A stretch of 63,105 bases of DNA, the filler included, from Hausera hauseri (lineage: Eukaryota), in NCBI GenBank assembly GCA_046269625.1. It is 10 parts of 10 records of this genome, joined end to end, with 100 filler letters (N's around TTAATTAATTAA, not from the genome) between each part and the next. Parts side by side here need not be neighbours in the genome. Positions count along the whole stretch, not along the records: positions 34,273 to 38,825 come from JBJURY010530676.1; positions 38,926 to 49,406 come from JBJURY010179972.1; positions 49,507 to 53,952 come from JBJURY010577227.1; 7 more parts are not named here. One strand, written 5' to 3'. Below, piece by piece: positions 36,377-50,600 of this stretch. The first letter of the stretch is position 1, and every line of letters begins with the position of its first letter. Both the position numbers and the translations under genes were made by a program. The notes beneath the pieces were generated by a model that was given only the letters and a program-made list of their open reading frames with translations, was not told the DNA's origin and did no database searches.

Positions 36377-38925
36377 CTGTGGATCGAAGTCAAGATAATG
36401 TCCAAATTTGTCTTTAAAAAGTCAGATTGAATCTGCTACAATTGAATATACACATGGAACCCGCGAGGAGGAGTAGGAAGGAGAACGACTCGGGAAATCG
36501 TACGCGTTCAATTGAAATCATGTACTTGATTTAAAGCATTGCACTTAATTTCAAGGGACGCAACAACGTACTTTATTTTTATCTTATCCTATAATAAAAT
36601 TTTTATAAGAGCTTTTAGTTTTAGTAGGTATAATCACATTATTGTGAATTAATATAAGTTTCTTGGAAAATTATAAGGAAATTGTTATTACCTTTATAAT
36701 TTTTTTTTAATCTAGAAAAATAATTTTTTTAGATTTTTATTTTGAAACGCAAAATGATTTTTTCTACCTGAATATTATTTATATGTGAGAAATCCATTAA
36801 TGCCAGTGAGACTCTGTAAAATAAATCATTCCTACTGACAACGCATCCATCGTTTGTGAGGTCCAGTTATCGAACCTCGGTATCCCTGCCCGTTGGGCAA
36901 TGGAAGTGAACAGAAGCCGAGGCGGCGTTTTCGTTGCAAAATTCCAAGCATTATGTTTGGCCATAAATGGTTAGTAATGCTGAAGGATGGGCAAAAGACA
37001 GAGACTCGCGGCCTTTGGCGGTCAGCCGTGGTGTGTAGGCCTTCTTGGAGACCTAGCATTTTTAAAAACAAGACAATAATACATGTAAGTCCTTAGAATC
37101 AAGTTTTCCCACAAGTGACTGTCATAATCCAGGTGGACGGCTGAAATGAGATACCACGCGGCTATGGACGTCAGGTCCTACTATGAAGGTCATCCTTGGA
37201 CAAGAATAACATAGACAAAGACAACATTTTATCAGTGTTGGCATTGTTGCTAACAAAAGTGATGCAAATCACGAACACATATGACTTTTTCTACATATGG
37301 CTAGTGACGTGTCATCCGGGCTGTAGAAACATGGCGACGCTCTCATCTATAGACGTTGTCATCAATTCCTCTCAAAGTGCTCCAATATAGCTGAAGCCTG
37401 CAACTTTCCTCCTCCCCTACTCACAATCAGTTTCTGGAGAATATGGCTTATATTCATAAAGTAGAAAACCTGATAGCAAGTAACGACCACAAGTGGAGCA
37501 AAAACAACGAAGCCTTGAGCAAATTTCTAACCCCCATAATGCCCTGGGGCGACTAAAATGATGAGCCCCACGGCTTTGGTAATCATCTCTGCTGTTCAAA
37601 CTTCCCATAAACAGAAAGAATTTTAAAAATGAGCAACAATAAATTGATAAGACTAGACACTCCGTCTGTCAGCATGTTTTACCCGTTGTTCCCGCAAATG
37701 CACTGGGGACACTAAAATGTCTCGCTTTCGTAATTATGAGTTAAATTTGACCCGCTTTAAAATTACTAATTTTATTTCACACGATTTAATTACTCTCTCT
37801 CTCTCATTTGTGTTTAATTGTTAGTTCCGCAGCTAAAGTTCCACAGGTTACGTCTGTCGAGTTTCTTTACAGGTTTAAATGCAAGCTAGTTGAATTTTCA
37901 TTAGGGATGTACCAGAATTCCACTCCGGCTACTCGATATCTGGTAGTTTTTGACTAATCCGGCTCCTGTAAAAATGTAAACCTGATTTTGACCGGATTTG
38001 ATTTTCAAGAGACGACGTGACGTCATAATTCATAGCGGAATAAATAAAAGTAATATAAAATTAGAGAATGGAGGAATCCAACATTTTCTCGAATCAGAAT
38101 CTGAATCCTAAAATGTGCTCGAATTCCTCGAATCCGTCATATAAGATTAAGGGAAACAAAGAAACAAATTTTTACCTAATAGGTTTTGATTAAAGCCAAA
38201 TTTAAAATCTGTGTTTAATGCTTCAGAAACAAAGTCAGTGGCAGAGCGTAAGATTTTTGAAAGCCTATTATATTATTTATTTCATGCACATATTACTACG
38301 CGCACACTTTAAATTAATTGCACAAAAATAATGACACTATACTCAAAGAATGGTAAATGATATTTATAGGTAGTAATTACAGAATTGCGTATGTTTGAGA
38401 AATAACTAGCATTTACATGGATATACGTCTTCTTCCCTGCTCCTTATTCTCTAGAGCTTATAAGGAAGCTCTTTACGTCGATTTTTATTTACAAAAATAT
38501 CATTAACTGTGCCGTGGAATCTTGTAATCTTGTTAGTGGTTTCATAATTTCTCATTGCCTCTGTGGCGAAGCAATTCAAATTAATTTAATCTGTTGTTTG
38601 ACTTAGAATTCTCTACACGGCCTCTCAGTGGTAGTTCTTGTTCGGAGAAAAGCACACCGCATCAATCAGGCAGCCGTCTATGTTTGTATTTGATTTTACA
38701 TTTTCGTTGTGCTTACTCCTAATAATTTTTAAAGCCAATTCTAGTTTTTCCTTACTCATGTAATGCTATTTTGTAGTTTACGTCAGCTACAGATAATTCA
38801 TGATAATTTAAGTATATAAGATCGGNNNNNNNNNNNNNNNNNNNNNNNNNNNNNNNNNNNNNNNNNNNNTTAATTAATTAANNNNNNNNNNNNNNNNNNN
38901 NNNNNNNNNNNNNNNNNNNNNNNNN

Positions 38926-41900
38926 AGAGAAATATCCAAAGGGGCCGTTTTTGCGTTAAATGACTTATATAGAGAAATATCCAAAGGGGGCGTACTTGAC
39001 GCCTCCTGACGGGGTAAGGGGAGATAACTTTTTGGACAATTTTTAAGGGGAGATAAATATTTTCTGTTTTAATTAGGTATTTAATTAGCTAATTATGTTT
39101 TAATTAAATAATGTGTTTAATTTTATTTAAATAATAGTTTTGTATAATTATAGGTGTAATAGTTGATAAAGTTGTTTTTCGAGGGTGGTGGGGTCGGCCT
39201 TAGGTGCTGAGGTAGGCTGCTGCAAGGTCGCCGGATCGTCCGCGGGATCGCCGGTAATTAAGTAATTGTTTTAATTAGGTAATTATGGTATAATTATTGT
39301 ATAATTATGTTTGTAAGCCTTGATAAGAGCACGGCAGCCATCCTGTCAGGGTAAGGGTAGTGACTAAGTCCGACTCAGTGGATTTTAAATTTTTTTATCA
39401 TCATCATTCTTTTTGATGACGTAATTTATTTTTTTCTTTAGTTAGACTGAGATACGTTATGTGGAGTATGGGGCGATGAGGTAGTTGCGTGTTATGTCTT
39501 TGTAGTAGTAGAGGCTGTATATACCAATATTCTTTTGATGAAGTCAGCATCTTGATGTAATTTCTTTAGTTACATACAGTAAGGGGTGAAGGGATTGTGG
39601 TGGTACCATGTCTTTGTATCGGGATTGTAGTCTGTTAGGTATATGTATTGTCAGGCATCGTAGGTAGTGGGTCAAGGAAGGGTCATATTTTGCTGTTAAT
39701 GTCACGGTTCTCAAAGGGGTTGGTAGTGCTTTAGGTCATGTTCTTCATGTTTGGGGGTGATATTTGCTGTTAAGGTCGTGGTTCTCAAAGGGGTTGGGGA
39801 TGGTGTAGGTCGTCCTCTTTGTGCTTAAGGACATGAAAATGTGGGGTATTTTCCCGTTAAGGTCAGGGTGATGGTGGGGATTTAGGTCGTGTTTAGGGGC
39901 AAGGAACGGGAATATTTTACTGTTACAGTCGCATTTCTTAGACTGCTCGCAGTGGCTTAGGTCGTCTTCCTCGTGCTTGTGCATGTCTTTGCGAGCAAGT
40001 CGGGACACGGAAGCGGGAATATTTTTCTGCTAAAGTCGTGTTTCTTAGAGTGCTCGCAGTGGTTTAGCTCCGCTTCATCAGGCTTGGGTGTCTCATTGGG
40101 AGTGAGTCGGGATAAGGAAGGGGAATATTTTTCTGTTAAAGCCGCGTTTCTTAAGGGTACTGCCGATGCTTTAGGTCGACTTCCTCGCACTTGTGGATGC
40201 TTTTGGGAGCGGGTCGGGGCAAGGAACGGCGATATTTTCTGTTAGAGTCGCATTTCTCAAGCGTGCTTCCGCTTTTTTAGGTCGACTTCCTCGAACTTGT
40301 GGATGTTTTGGGGAGCAGGTCGGGGCAAGGAACGGCGATATTTTCTGTTACAGTCGCGTTTCTCAAGCGTGCTGCCGGTGGGTTAGCTCGATTTCCACGC
40401 ACCTGTGGGTGTTTTTGGAAGCGAGTCGTGATAAGGAACGGTGATATTTTCTGTTACAGTCGCGTTTCTCAAGCGTGCTGCCGGTGGTTTAGCTCGATTT
40501 CCTCGCACTTGTGGAGGTTTATGCGAGTGAATCGGGACACGGAAGCGGGATATTTTTTGCAAAGGTCGTGTTTCTTACGTCGGCGGGCGGTGGTTTAGGT
40601 CGTATTTAGGGCGATGTAAGTGGGGTATTTTCAGTTAAAGTCGCATTTCTTACGGTTGAGGGCGTGGTTTAGGGCAACTTTTGCATGTTTAGGGACACGT
40701 AAGGGGTGATATTTTCTGTTAAACTCGCGTGTTTTAGAGTGCTGTCGGGGGTTTAGGTCGACTTCATCGCGTTTGTGGGTGTTTTTGGGAGCGAGTCGAG
40801 GTAAGGAACGGCGATATTTTCTGTTAAAGTCGCGTTTCTTAGAGTGCCGCCAGTGGTTTTGGTCGGCTTCCTCGCACTTGTGCGTGTGTTTAGGGACATA
40901 GAAGGGGTGATATTTTCTGTTAAAGTCGCGATTCGTATGGTTGCGGGTGTGGTTTAGGGCAAGTTTTGCATGTTTAGGGACACATAAGGGGTGATATTTT
41001 TCTGTGACGGGCGTATTTCTTACGGATGCGGGGAGTGGTTTAGGACAGGTTCTTCGTGCTTAGGGGCATATTTTTTCTGTTAAGAGCATGTTTGTCAAGG
41101 ATGCGGACAGTGGTTTAGGGCAGTTTCTTCGTGTTTAGGGACAGGCCATATTTTTGTGACCAAAGTCAAGCGGTAAAGCGCGGAACGGGAGTCATGTGAC
41201 AGCAGAAGGTGAAGTCAAGATGGCGACTGAATGGTCCACATGGGCAAAGTCAAGAGGAAGAGGGCGGAACAGGAAAGGGGTCGTGTGACGTCAGAAGGCA
41301 GTAACATTCCGACAAACAAAACTACACTATACGACCAACCCGACCCTTAACAGTGGGTATTTATTAGAACAACGAAACGTATTTGTCCACTTACAAAGGC
41401 TTCCTTTGTCCAGCGAAGAGCAACACAGCTGACCACTCGAATAAATAAAGCCCATTCACCTGACCAACAGACCAGTGTTTACACATGCCTCGGATAATCC
41501 CAATAACATCTTGTTTGTTCGCTGTCCAGCGAAGCACAACACACCTGCCCGACCAACATTCCAGCGAAGCACTCAAGCGAAACATAACTGTAAGGCCGAG
41601 TGACCGTATCTGGCCAGAGGTTAAACGAAGTGGACAAAACCTTCCATTGTTCACTCAAATAAAACACGTCTTTTAACATTCATCTAACCGACCTTTTACA
41701 ACTATACATTCTTTTACAACACTAACTTTTACTAACATTGTTGAATAAAAACACTAAACATAAATCCTTCTTTATTAACAACACTTACTTTTTACTAAGC
41801 TTGTAACTTGTTTTGTAAGCAACAACATTTACAGACAAAGCCGAGTCAGACCTTTGACCTTGGTCAGTGACCCATATCAGCAATCACGAGGAAAAGCTTT

Positions 41901-43486
41901 CGACAATGACCAATCGCGACCTTTGACAGTGACCTTGATCAGTGATCCACATCAGCAACCACGAGGAAAAGACGTGACCTTTGGCACGACAACAACCAAT
42001 TGTGACCTTTGTCATAGACCTTTGTCATGACAAATACCAATCGTTAACGACAAGTCTGCCTGATGTCTTGCACATTTGACCTGTTTGTCTTGTGACATTA
42101 ACCACGACCAATCGTTAACAACAATATTACACGCCCGTTTCTTAACGGGATAACGTTTCCAGTGTACGAACACGGCTTTCGCATTATGCAGACACATCAT
42201 TCATATAATACTAACATGACGGCCGTTGTTTATGTATACAATTATATAGTGTAACGACAAGACTTTTTCACCAAAAGGCCGACATAGTCGTCGTTAAAGG
42301 GATACGTTTTTCACTATACGGGCATGACGGCCGCACTATAAGGACAACATACGGACATGAAGGCCGTTTGTTAACGACACAAATATGTCTTATAGGACAA
42401 AAAGTCTGTTTTGTTTACGGCTGAAAGCCGTTCCTTGTCATTACAACTCTATCAAGGAACATGATAGTGTTGACTAATGGTCGAAGAACACGTCCTCAAC
42501 CATGACACACGATAGTGTTGACTGACAAACGACATTTCCCCAATACAACTTTCACTACAACTTTACCAAGATACATGAACAACAGGATACAAAACATTTC
42601 CCACAAACCAGCAAACTTGCGACCAATGGCACACAATGATGATAATGATTTGTAGACAAGCAACGATAATCTTGACTGATAGAACAACACTACAATTTTA
42701 CCAAGACACAAAACAACACTACATTTCCCCCATACAACATGCCCTTATACAACGAAAAGTACATCCACCAGCGGCACACGATGACGATGATAACTAATAA
42801 AACATTTTCCCAACACTACAATCTCCTATCACTAAAACTTTACCGAGACACTAACAAAGCAACGGACACCCAATACAACCATCATTTCACTCAAACCAGC
42901 AAACTTCCGACCAACGGCACACGATGATGATGATGATGATAATGATAACTAATAAAACATTGCCCCCATCACCACATTCCCCTATTAGTACAACTTTACC
43001 GAGACACAAAACAACACTGCATTTCACCTATCCAGCATGTCCCCAATACAACTACAAGTCCAACTTTACCAAAATACATGATAACAAAAGTGACTTCGAC
43101 GATGCAGAAGAAGAACAAGGGGCCAAAATGACCACTTCACTAGCTCAATTAAGCCCTATAGCAAGTATTGACACACTTTATACAAGACAAACAAGCAAGA
43201 ACTCGCGCAATTATGCACCTCCAATTAGTAGTATAGAGCGAGGTTACGGTTAGAATTTCAGGGGGAGGGCCAAGGGGGAGATATATACGGTATATAAAAA
43301 ATACTCCCTCCCCTTCAAGGGGGGGGGGGGACGTTGAGGTAAGGGGAGATAACTATTTTTGGAAAATTTTTGAGTGGCAGACAAATCTTGTATATTCTGT
43401 TTTTACTTAGGTAATTAAGGGTATGAGCGGGGTAAGGGGAGATAATTTACGGATAAATGGGCCCCGTAACCGCCCACTACACTACT
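38926..43486. mobile_element. Possible non-coding terminal region of a Polinton/Maverick-like element
   Basis: Ends in CCCACTACACTACT (reverse complement AGTAGTGTAGT, like Polinton termini); repeated GGTAAGGGGAGATAA motifs; internal satellite; no Polinton gene on this contig. Confidence 0.3.
39680..41160. repeat. Tandem satellite: about 7 core units of 106-107 bp plus shorter degenerate units
   Basis: Anchor (A/C)GGAA..G.GATATTTTCTGTTA recurs at 39901, 40007, 40114, 40221, 40327, 40433 and 40539. Confidence 0.9.
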
Positions 43487-43489
43487 AAT

Positions 43490-43666
43490 TGGCGATGCAT
43501 AGACAGAAGAGAGCCGGAGGAAGACTGAGACAGAAAATTCTGGACTATTTGACAACATGGCACGGATGGAAGTCATCAACTGTTTTGATGTATAACAGAA
43601 AAGAAAGGCAGATGTGGAGAGACATGATCGCCAATACCATTAGGCAGTGCACTTGATGATGATGAT
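43490..43666 (+). mobile_element. RTE-type LINE 3' end
   Basis: GRLRQKILDYL...RQMWRDMIAN....CT* followed by a (TGA)n tail. Confidence 0.6.
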
Positions 43667-44434
43667 GGGAAAGGCTGATCAGCATATACTTCGGACATAT
43701 TGATGTATTGTTTTTGATCACACCCACGTTGAACATATTTGGTGCATGTATTGCCAGGGTCAAGCCGAAGTGAGAAGTAATAAGAAAGCTGTAGGTTGGA
43801 TGGAAATGCTCACACAGAAGAAACACTGATAATGGATGAGGCAGACAATGTGCAGTTAATGTAAAAAGTGATGCTAGAGGAGGATGAACAGAGGAAGTTG
43901 TTAGAGGATAATGTATGTAAGGAGAATGAAGGAAATTTGTGTACAGAATGGTGTGGGAAGGAAGTAGGTCCTGGTATGTGAAACAAGATGAACCTAACGT
44001 GAACATGTTACAGAGATCATTAGTAAGGAAACTATTCGGTGGCGTGGTGCAGATATGAACATGCACTGAATGCTATGATGCTGGTTCATAACCACACGGG
44101 TATAATAAATAAGGTTGCTTATAGATATTTTCATGCTGACCACTACTGTTACAACTAAATCTAGTTCGTTCCATTTACAAAACATAGGGCCATTCTAATT
44201 TAGGATAATTTAATACATTTACTTATAACGCGTTCCAATATGGAGTTATCTCCCCCTTTACTGCGAGCGCTGCCACAGACAGTGTTTTTCTCTTTGAGTC
44301 AATTAACGCCGCCAGCGCATCCAGCTCTATCCAGGTTTTTTTCTTTATATCTGCGATATTAGTGCACAGCCAGAAATATGACTCGTTTTTTTGCACACTG
44401 TACAACTTACGACTCACTTCCATAAAACAGTATA

Positions 44435-44800
44435 GGCATTATATAACTATGTAGGACAAGCTGCTTTCGAAACTGCAGACAGGCAACCGAAAAACTGGGG
44501 TCCAAAAGAAGCGATAAAAAGACAGTTTGAATTCCTCATTAAAGGACTTTAACATCAATGTGAATTCGTGGAAGACACGCTTTGAACCGTCTCAAGTGGC
44601 GCACTAAATTTACACAAGGAGCTACCTTCTGTCATAACCACAGAACGATGGTCGCCCAGGAAAAGGGAATCGCTCACATGAATCGACTCACCTGTCAGGT
44701 GCCAACAAAGCCTACATCTTAATGCTCAACATGTGGCAAGGTCATGCAAACCAGGATTGCCCTGATTAGCCATTCTCGCACTCATCATCTCATCTCTCCT
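44435..44800 (+). mobile_element. RTE-type LINE 3' fragment with C2H2-like end
   Basis: Frameshifted GQ.KR.KDSL...KDFNINVNSW...R..WR and CSTCGKVMQTRIALISHSRTH. Confidence 0.6.
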
Positions 44801-44899
44801 GCCCTTCCTACTTCTATTGAATATCCCTTATGATTTCATTGACTCTTTGGTGAAGAACATCATCATCATTTATCAGATGGACGAACAACAACAATTGTG

Positions 44900-45195
44900 T
44901 CGACGCGTGTTTGTAGGGCTTTTTCATTAGTAGCAATCAATACATGTCATCAGCATATCTGATGTTATTTATATTGTGTCCTCCTAATAATATTCCTGGT
45001 TTGTCTTCTATATCTTTCATTATTATCTCACTATATATGGAGATCAGACCAAGTGCGACACCCTTGTCGCACCCCTCTTCTTATTTCCTCATCATGACCA
45101 CAGCCATTTATTGGCAGTATATGTTCTTTATTAATCTCATATCTTTCCCATCTATATTTATATTTTCCAGAATGTTAATTATTTCACTGTATTAG
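44900..45195 (-). mobile_element. LINE reverse-transcriptase fragment
   Basis: Minus strand gives RGCDKG / RQGCR-like and NINNIRYADD motifs. Confidence 0.65.
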
Positions 45196-46779
45196 CGAAA
45201 CCATCACTACTACAAAATGTAAATCTTCTCGCTATTTTACATTCTCATGTTTTATTGTGCTGCTTCGATAGTTACTTGATTTCTGCGCCAATTCTACATT
45301 TTGTGACATGTCAAAGCCTTTAATATAAACATAATTACTGATAAACGACATAAACATAAAAATTATCATTGTTCCATCACAAAAGAAAAACACGAGAACT
45401 AAACGAAAAACAAGTTTGTGTAGTACTGCTAATTTTTAATCATCCAAAATTGATTTTTGAAATTAGGTTTTTATTGTAGTAGTAAAGTCGCCGATCAGTC
45501 CATCTGTGATTTCAACTTGTCAGTTGAGATTCTTCAATCGTATGTTGCTGGGGAAAAATGAGAAAATTAAGTTTTCCATCAACATCGAATTAAGGTAAGA
45601 CAAATAATAAATTTCACTGTATCATATCAAAGATCTGAGCGTAGAATATATTATAGGCTACCACCTATTTTATCCCAAACAAGTCGGTATTACAGGAGGC
45701 ACTTTAGTTTAATATATGCAGTTAAACGAAACACAGTAGCACATGCCACAGTTGAAGAAATCACAGTAAAATAGATCACCATTAGACAGATCACAGTTAA
45801 TAGACCACAATTAAACAGACCATAGTTAAAAAAAAGGCATGATTAAATATGATGCATATTGAGTTTAGAAAGCGTTTTATACATATTTATATACGTAATG
45901 CGAGCGAGACTGGCCGAATGATTAGGCGTTAGTTTCTCTTATTTAGTCTTATATAGTGAATGTCCGGAGTTCAAATCTAGTTCATTCAGTCGTAAACGGA
46001 TACTAGCGATATTTTCTGTGGGTTTAATGGCGTTAAAAGCTACCACATAAACTCTCATGTGCTCCTTGCCAACAAGAACATCGGGTCCTACGTTATATTA
46101 ACTGTGGCCGTAAGGCAGCTACATAATCTCATTTGATACGCAACAGAAAACTCACAAGAGAAGTAATCAACATGAGGATATCTGATCATCAGAAGGATAC
46201 ACCCTTCGAACAAATGTCATGGCCTTCGCTTTCTGACAAGATTTAGGCAGCATTGCTGTTACATTCTTATGAGATATTAAAAAAAAATGAAATAAAATAC
46301 AATTTGAAGCACACGATTCTCGGAGACTCGAACATTAAACGGTATTCGCGCTCAACGAAAACTTCCGGAGATCGGAAACTCGGTTTACATCGAATCTTTA
46401 TGACGACCGATTAACGCTCGAGATTATTGGCGTGTTGTTTTGTTTCGGAGACAGGACTAGGCAGGGCAATCTCAAGCCGTTCAGTACTATTATAAGCATT
46501 GTATGCTACGTATGTAAGTTCGTTCGCTCTTTTTGAGTAGATAAACATGTTTTATTCGAAATCATCATTTATTTCTCATTAATATATGGGATCTTTTGTT
46601 TTATAAAAGTTTTCGCTTTTTAATATAGATTTTTTTTCACTAAGCAAGGGGAATCAGTCGTGAAAAGTGGTCCTTCCGAAGAATTCTTTGAAGTTAAACT
46701 ATCAAGGCTTGATATAAGCAACATGGTTGGTTCAAATGGACCAGTTGAGCTCGGAAGTGATGATCGGATGCCACAGTGT

Positions 46780-47330
46780 TCTTGACCGATTGTTCAAAGT
46801 ATCTTTCGTAGTCTTCCGTTTTGAAGAAAAAACAGAAAAGGAAATAATATCGAAAGGTAGGCCCATTCTAGACATTACAGTTAAAACAAAATTGAAAAAT
46901 GTTTCGCGTTGTTTCAAATCAGAGTATCATCAACGTGGTTAACCGCATGCAAATCAAGAAAGAGACTGTATTGTTGGCCATATGTGCTGTTCGAAACACA
47001 GATTGTAGTGTGGAATAATGATGGCCTGAGCGATATAAGCAATTTTCACAAAGCCAAGAAAAGCCATGAAAAGTCACAGTCACGCCTTTCACACAATAAC
47101 TACATTAAAAACTTTTGGAAAAAGCAGAACAGACTTTCAATTAAACGATCAACGAAGGCTAGTCCTTTTAAAATATAACACAGAAGTTGATTCAAATAGG
47201 GAATTAATTAAACGATTGATTGATATGACCTGTTTTCTGGCGAAACAAGAATTCCCATTCAGAGGTCATAATGAGCAGTAAGAATCTCGTAATGGGAGAA
47301 ACTATACTGAATTACTCCAATTACGTGGAG
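46780..47330 (+). pseudogene. hAT transposase N-terminal fragment (ZMYM1-like, TTF zinc finger plus DUF4371 region)
   Basis: WLTAC....LYCWP..LF....W...G, HEKS..H, NRELIKRLID..CFLAKQEFPFRGHNE; frameshifted. Confidence 0.8.
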
Positions 47331-47654
47331 AAAGGTTAAACATTATTTTGATGAGTAAAGTAAAGTAAAAGAACATGACAGCATGACAGCTCCTAAGACG
47401 AGAAGTAGAGATTATGCAGATAATCACAGAATGAAGGATACGATTTTAAACACGAGATTTTAGTCTGGTACTAACTACTTGCTCCCACACCTCTACGAAT
47501 TGCGAAACTAGGAGTTTTGCTATATGTAGGATTGCGATAGAAAGTAGTTGGTAATACAAGGAAATGTAGGTATGAGGAAAAACATAAGAGAGACACAGCA
47601 CAGAAAGGCGTGGTTATAGGCGATCGATTCTCTCGCAAAATACTGGGGCGTCAT

Positions 47655-48185
47655 AATCATCAGGTGCCACGCTGCGAAGCATAGGCCGTCATGGATTTCT
47701 CGCGATTCCTGGTGTCCAAAATCATCTCTGCTGCTGACCTACTTCCGAGCCATTCTTGCAAACCATCCAGACAATTCATTATTTGCTGTCCACTACTTCT
47801 ATATCCTGGTATTTTGCTCGTGGTGACCAAGTTCTCCAGATCTTCTCTTCCTAAAATATGGCCGATCATACGTGTTTGTCTCTTTCTGATTTTACTGATA
47901 AGCGTTCTGTTTGCGTCTGCTTCTTATAAAACATCTTTATTTATTTTCTTTGCTGTCCATGGGATTTTCAACATTCTTCTGAGAAACCACATCTCCGGTG
48001 CCTTTAAATAATTGTGCTCAATGTCCAAGATTCGCAGCCATACATTAGTATAGGTTCGATATAGCAGTGCAGGACTCTCTTTCTCAATTGTAATGACAGA
48101 TCTGTCGTACATAATATGCTTTTCATTTTATGGAACGCTATTTTTGCCTGTGCAATTCTACTTTTTATTTCCGTGTCACATCACT
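47655..48185 (-). mobile_element. RTE-type LINE 3' region
   Basis: EIKSRIAQAK.AF, EMWFLRRMLKIPWT, GHILGREDLENLVTT.KI.G.RS.G, ending GT* with a TGA-type tail. Confidence 0.8.
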
Positions 48186-49506
48186 GGGAAATAGAAATGA
48201 GAAAGAAGTGGTGATAAGGCGAAAACAACACATAGAGGGCGGGGAATTTGTAGAAGGAGAACTTTATAACAGAGGATAGAGAGAGTGATGGAGTCCGAAG
48301 TGGAGATTTAAGAAAAGGAGGGTAGGAATAATACACTGGAAGTATTCAGTATTAAACAAAAGAATGGTAGACATTCATTCCTGCGGACTGAAATTTAAAA
48401 AAAATTAAATACGACAGTTCTCCGAGGAATGGTGGGGTAATGATATCCATCTATCACGATCAGATAGCCGTGACCTGGATATCTTGGTCAATGGAATGGT
48501 CAGGAGTGTTGAACTGGTCAACTACCGGACAAGATCTTTACTAGCCGATGTTCAGGCAGTGTTCTTTTTAAACGCCCACTTAAATTAAGAATCAATAAAA
48601 CAACTAAAAAAATAAGAGATTTCGAGCGAATTATACAAGAAAGCTGGATATTTTCCTGAATATAATATAGGCAGGCAGAAGTCGGGTGTACAATGGATCG
48701 ATTGGCACAAAATGTAAACATAATGCTGAGAAAGTCGTTTGATGAAGACGGGCATACGGATGCGCAAAATCTATTTAAATGTCACTCTTTTTCACTCTCT
48801 GTATGTGTCTCCTTAGAGTCTGTAGCACGTGAACCTGATTTTGAGCAGAGATTTCCACAACTGTCGATCCATTGATTTCTACCAGCTATACCCCAAGTCA
48901 GACCTATATTTGATTGCATTTTGGTTGCACTGTTCTTCAATGTTTCCGTAGGTCCTCCTCGTCCTCTCTTTCTCTGTGAGGTCCATTGTAATGTTATCCG
49001 TGGCAGCAGGTCCTGTGTCTACCTCACCTCTTGTCTTATCCAACTGTTGTTAACAATGGCTGTTTTCTTGTTTCTTTTTGCAAATCATTATTTCTTTTTA
49101 TTTTTGCCCAACAAACACTTTGTAAAAGTGAATCGATGGAGGAAAATGCTGAGTAAAAGAAGCCCATCGAGGAAAAAAAAATTATAACCAAAACGGCCAT
49201 GAAGCCCAAGATTAACAGAAATCTCAGCCACACATCTGAAAAATATGAAGTGGAAAGACAGAAGCATAAGCCAGTGTAAGAAATATTAGAAATAGTACGC
49301 TAACATGAAGAATCATACAATAAGAAAAAATATTGATATCCTACAATGGATTTTTTTTTTGTGTTTTTCAACTCGTATCGCGGAGAGGGTAGCTCTAGAT
49401 AAGCCCNNNNNNNNNNNNNNNNNNNNNNNNNNNNNNNNNNNNNNNNNNNNTTAATTAATTAANNNNNNNNNNNNNNNNNNNNNNNNNNNNNNNNNNNNNN
49501 NNNNNN

Positions 49507-50055
49507 AAACCTGGATAAACTATTTATCAAGTCTAGATATAAAACTGGAATACAGGAAAGGAACAGATCACACAAACGCCGACGTGTTATCCCGAACCAA
49601 TTGCGGCACATGCAGGCAATATTTGTTAGCTAACGAAGAGGCCAAAACACATAAAATAAAGACTCAGAGGTTAAGCACAGTAGAATCGACAGAAGCATAT
49701 CCATATAAAAAAGACAGCAAAGAAATTGAATAAATAAAAGAAGACACCTCAAAGAAAGAGGAAAAGGAAATTCGTAGTAGAAAATGGCACAGAGAAGACA
49801 TGAAAAGTTAAGATATGGATACAAACGGATAAGAGGGGAAAAATGATAAAGCAATGCCACGTTATGTTATCCCACGCCGGAATAGAAAAAGTATCAAAAT
49901 ACATAAACAATAACTAAGTTATGATAAACATGAAAGACACCATCAAGGAAGTGATTGGACGCCGTGAAGCATGTCAACTAAACAAGACGGTGACAGAGGT
50001 TACGAAGAAAGAGACCCTGAGACTCACTGCAAACGAACCATTCGAGAAGATGAGA
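49507..50055 (+). pseudogene. pol: Ty3/gypsy RNase H to integrase zinc-finger fragment
   Basis: LEYRKGTDHTNADVLSR, then H..L.HAGIEK and EACQLNK, degenerate. Confidence 0.7.
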
Positions 50056-50600
50056 GTATTTATTAATGTCTTGATTTATGTACTGAATAGTTTCACATGC
50101 ACTGCTTTGATAGGACATATGTTACCTATAATTCAAATTAATTAGCTATATTTCCAGCATATTGCATATATAGTACCTGCAGATTACAATTCCTAAATCA
50201 CATACATACTCACCGTGTATTACCTGCATATTACTCATATTAGCTAAATATTACTTGTATTTTACACACATGCACACAGAGACATATACCTGAGCTATAC
50301 ATTTTTTCAGATTAATTGCATTTTACATGCCGAGACATGCACATGCACACCATACATATGAATCATTCATTTCTCAAGTTACTTGCATTTTACCCTCTCT
50401 CACAAACACACACAAACTATAAAAAGTGTTTAGCGTTATGCCTGAGTTATATTGCTATAAAATAAATGTGTTATGAAATTAGTTGGCCTTATCCTACATA
50501 GTAGTTATTTAGTTTTACTTGGCCTTATCCTATATCCCACATTACAACACAATATTTCTATACAAGATTTATTAAACAAAGAATAACAATATGTACATAT

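Noticed and set aside
36830-37610. GC-elevated, coding-looking stretch in contig F
   Set aside because: No frame gave a recognisable motif; left unannotated.
39745-40598. Repeat-protein ORFs on both strands
   Set aside because: The repeat unit is 106-107 bp, not a multiple of three, so frames shift each unit.
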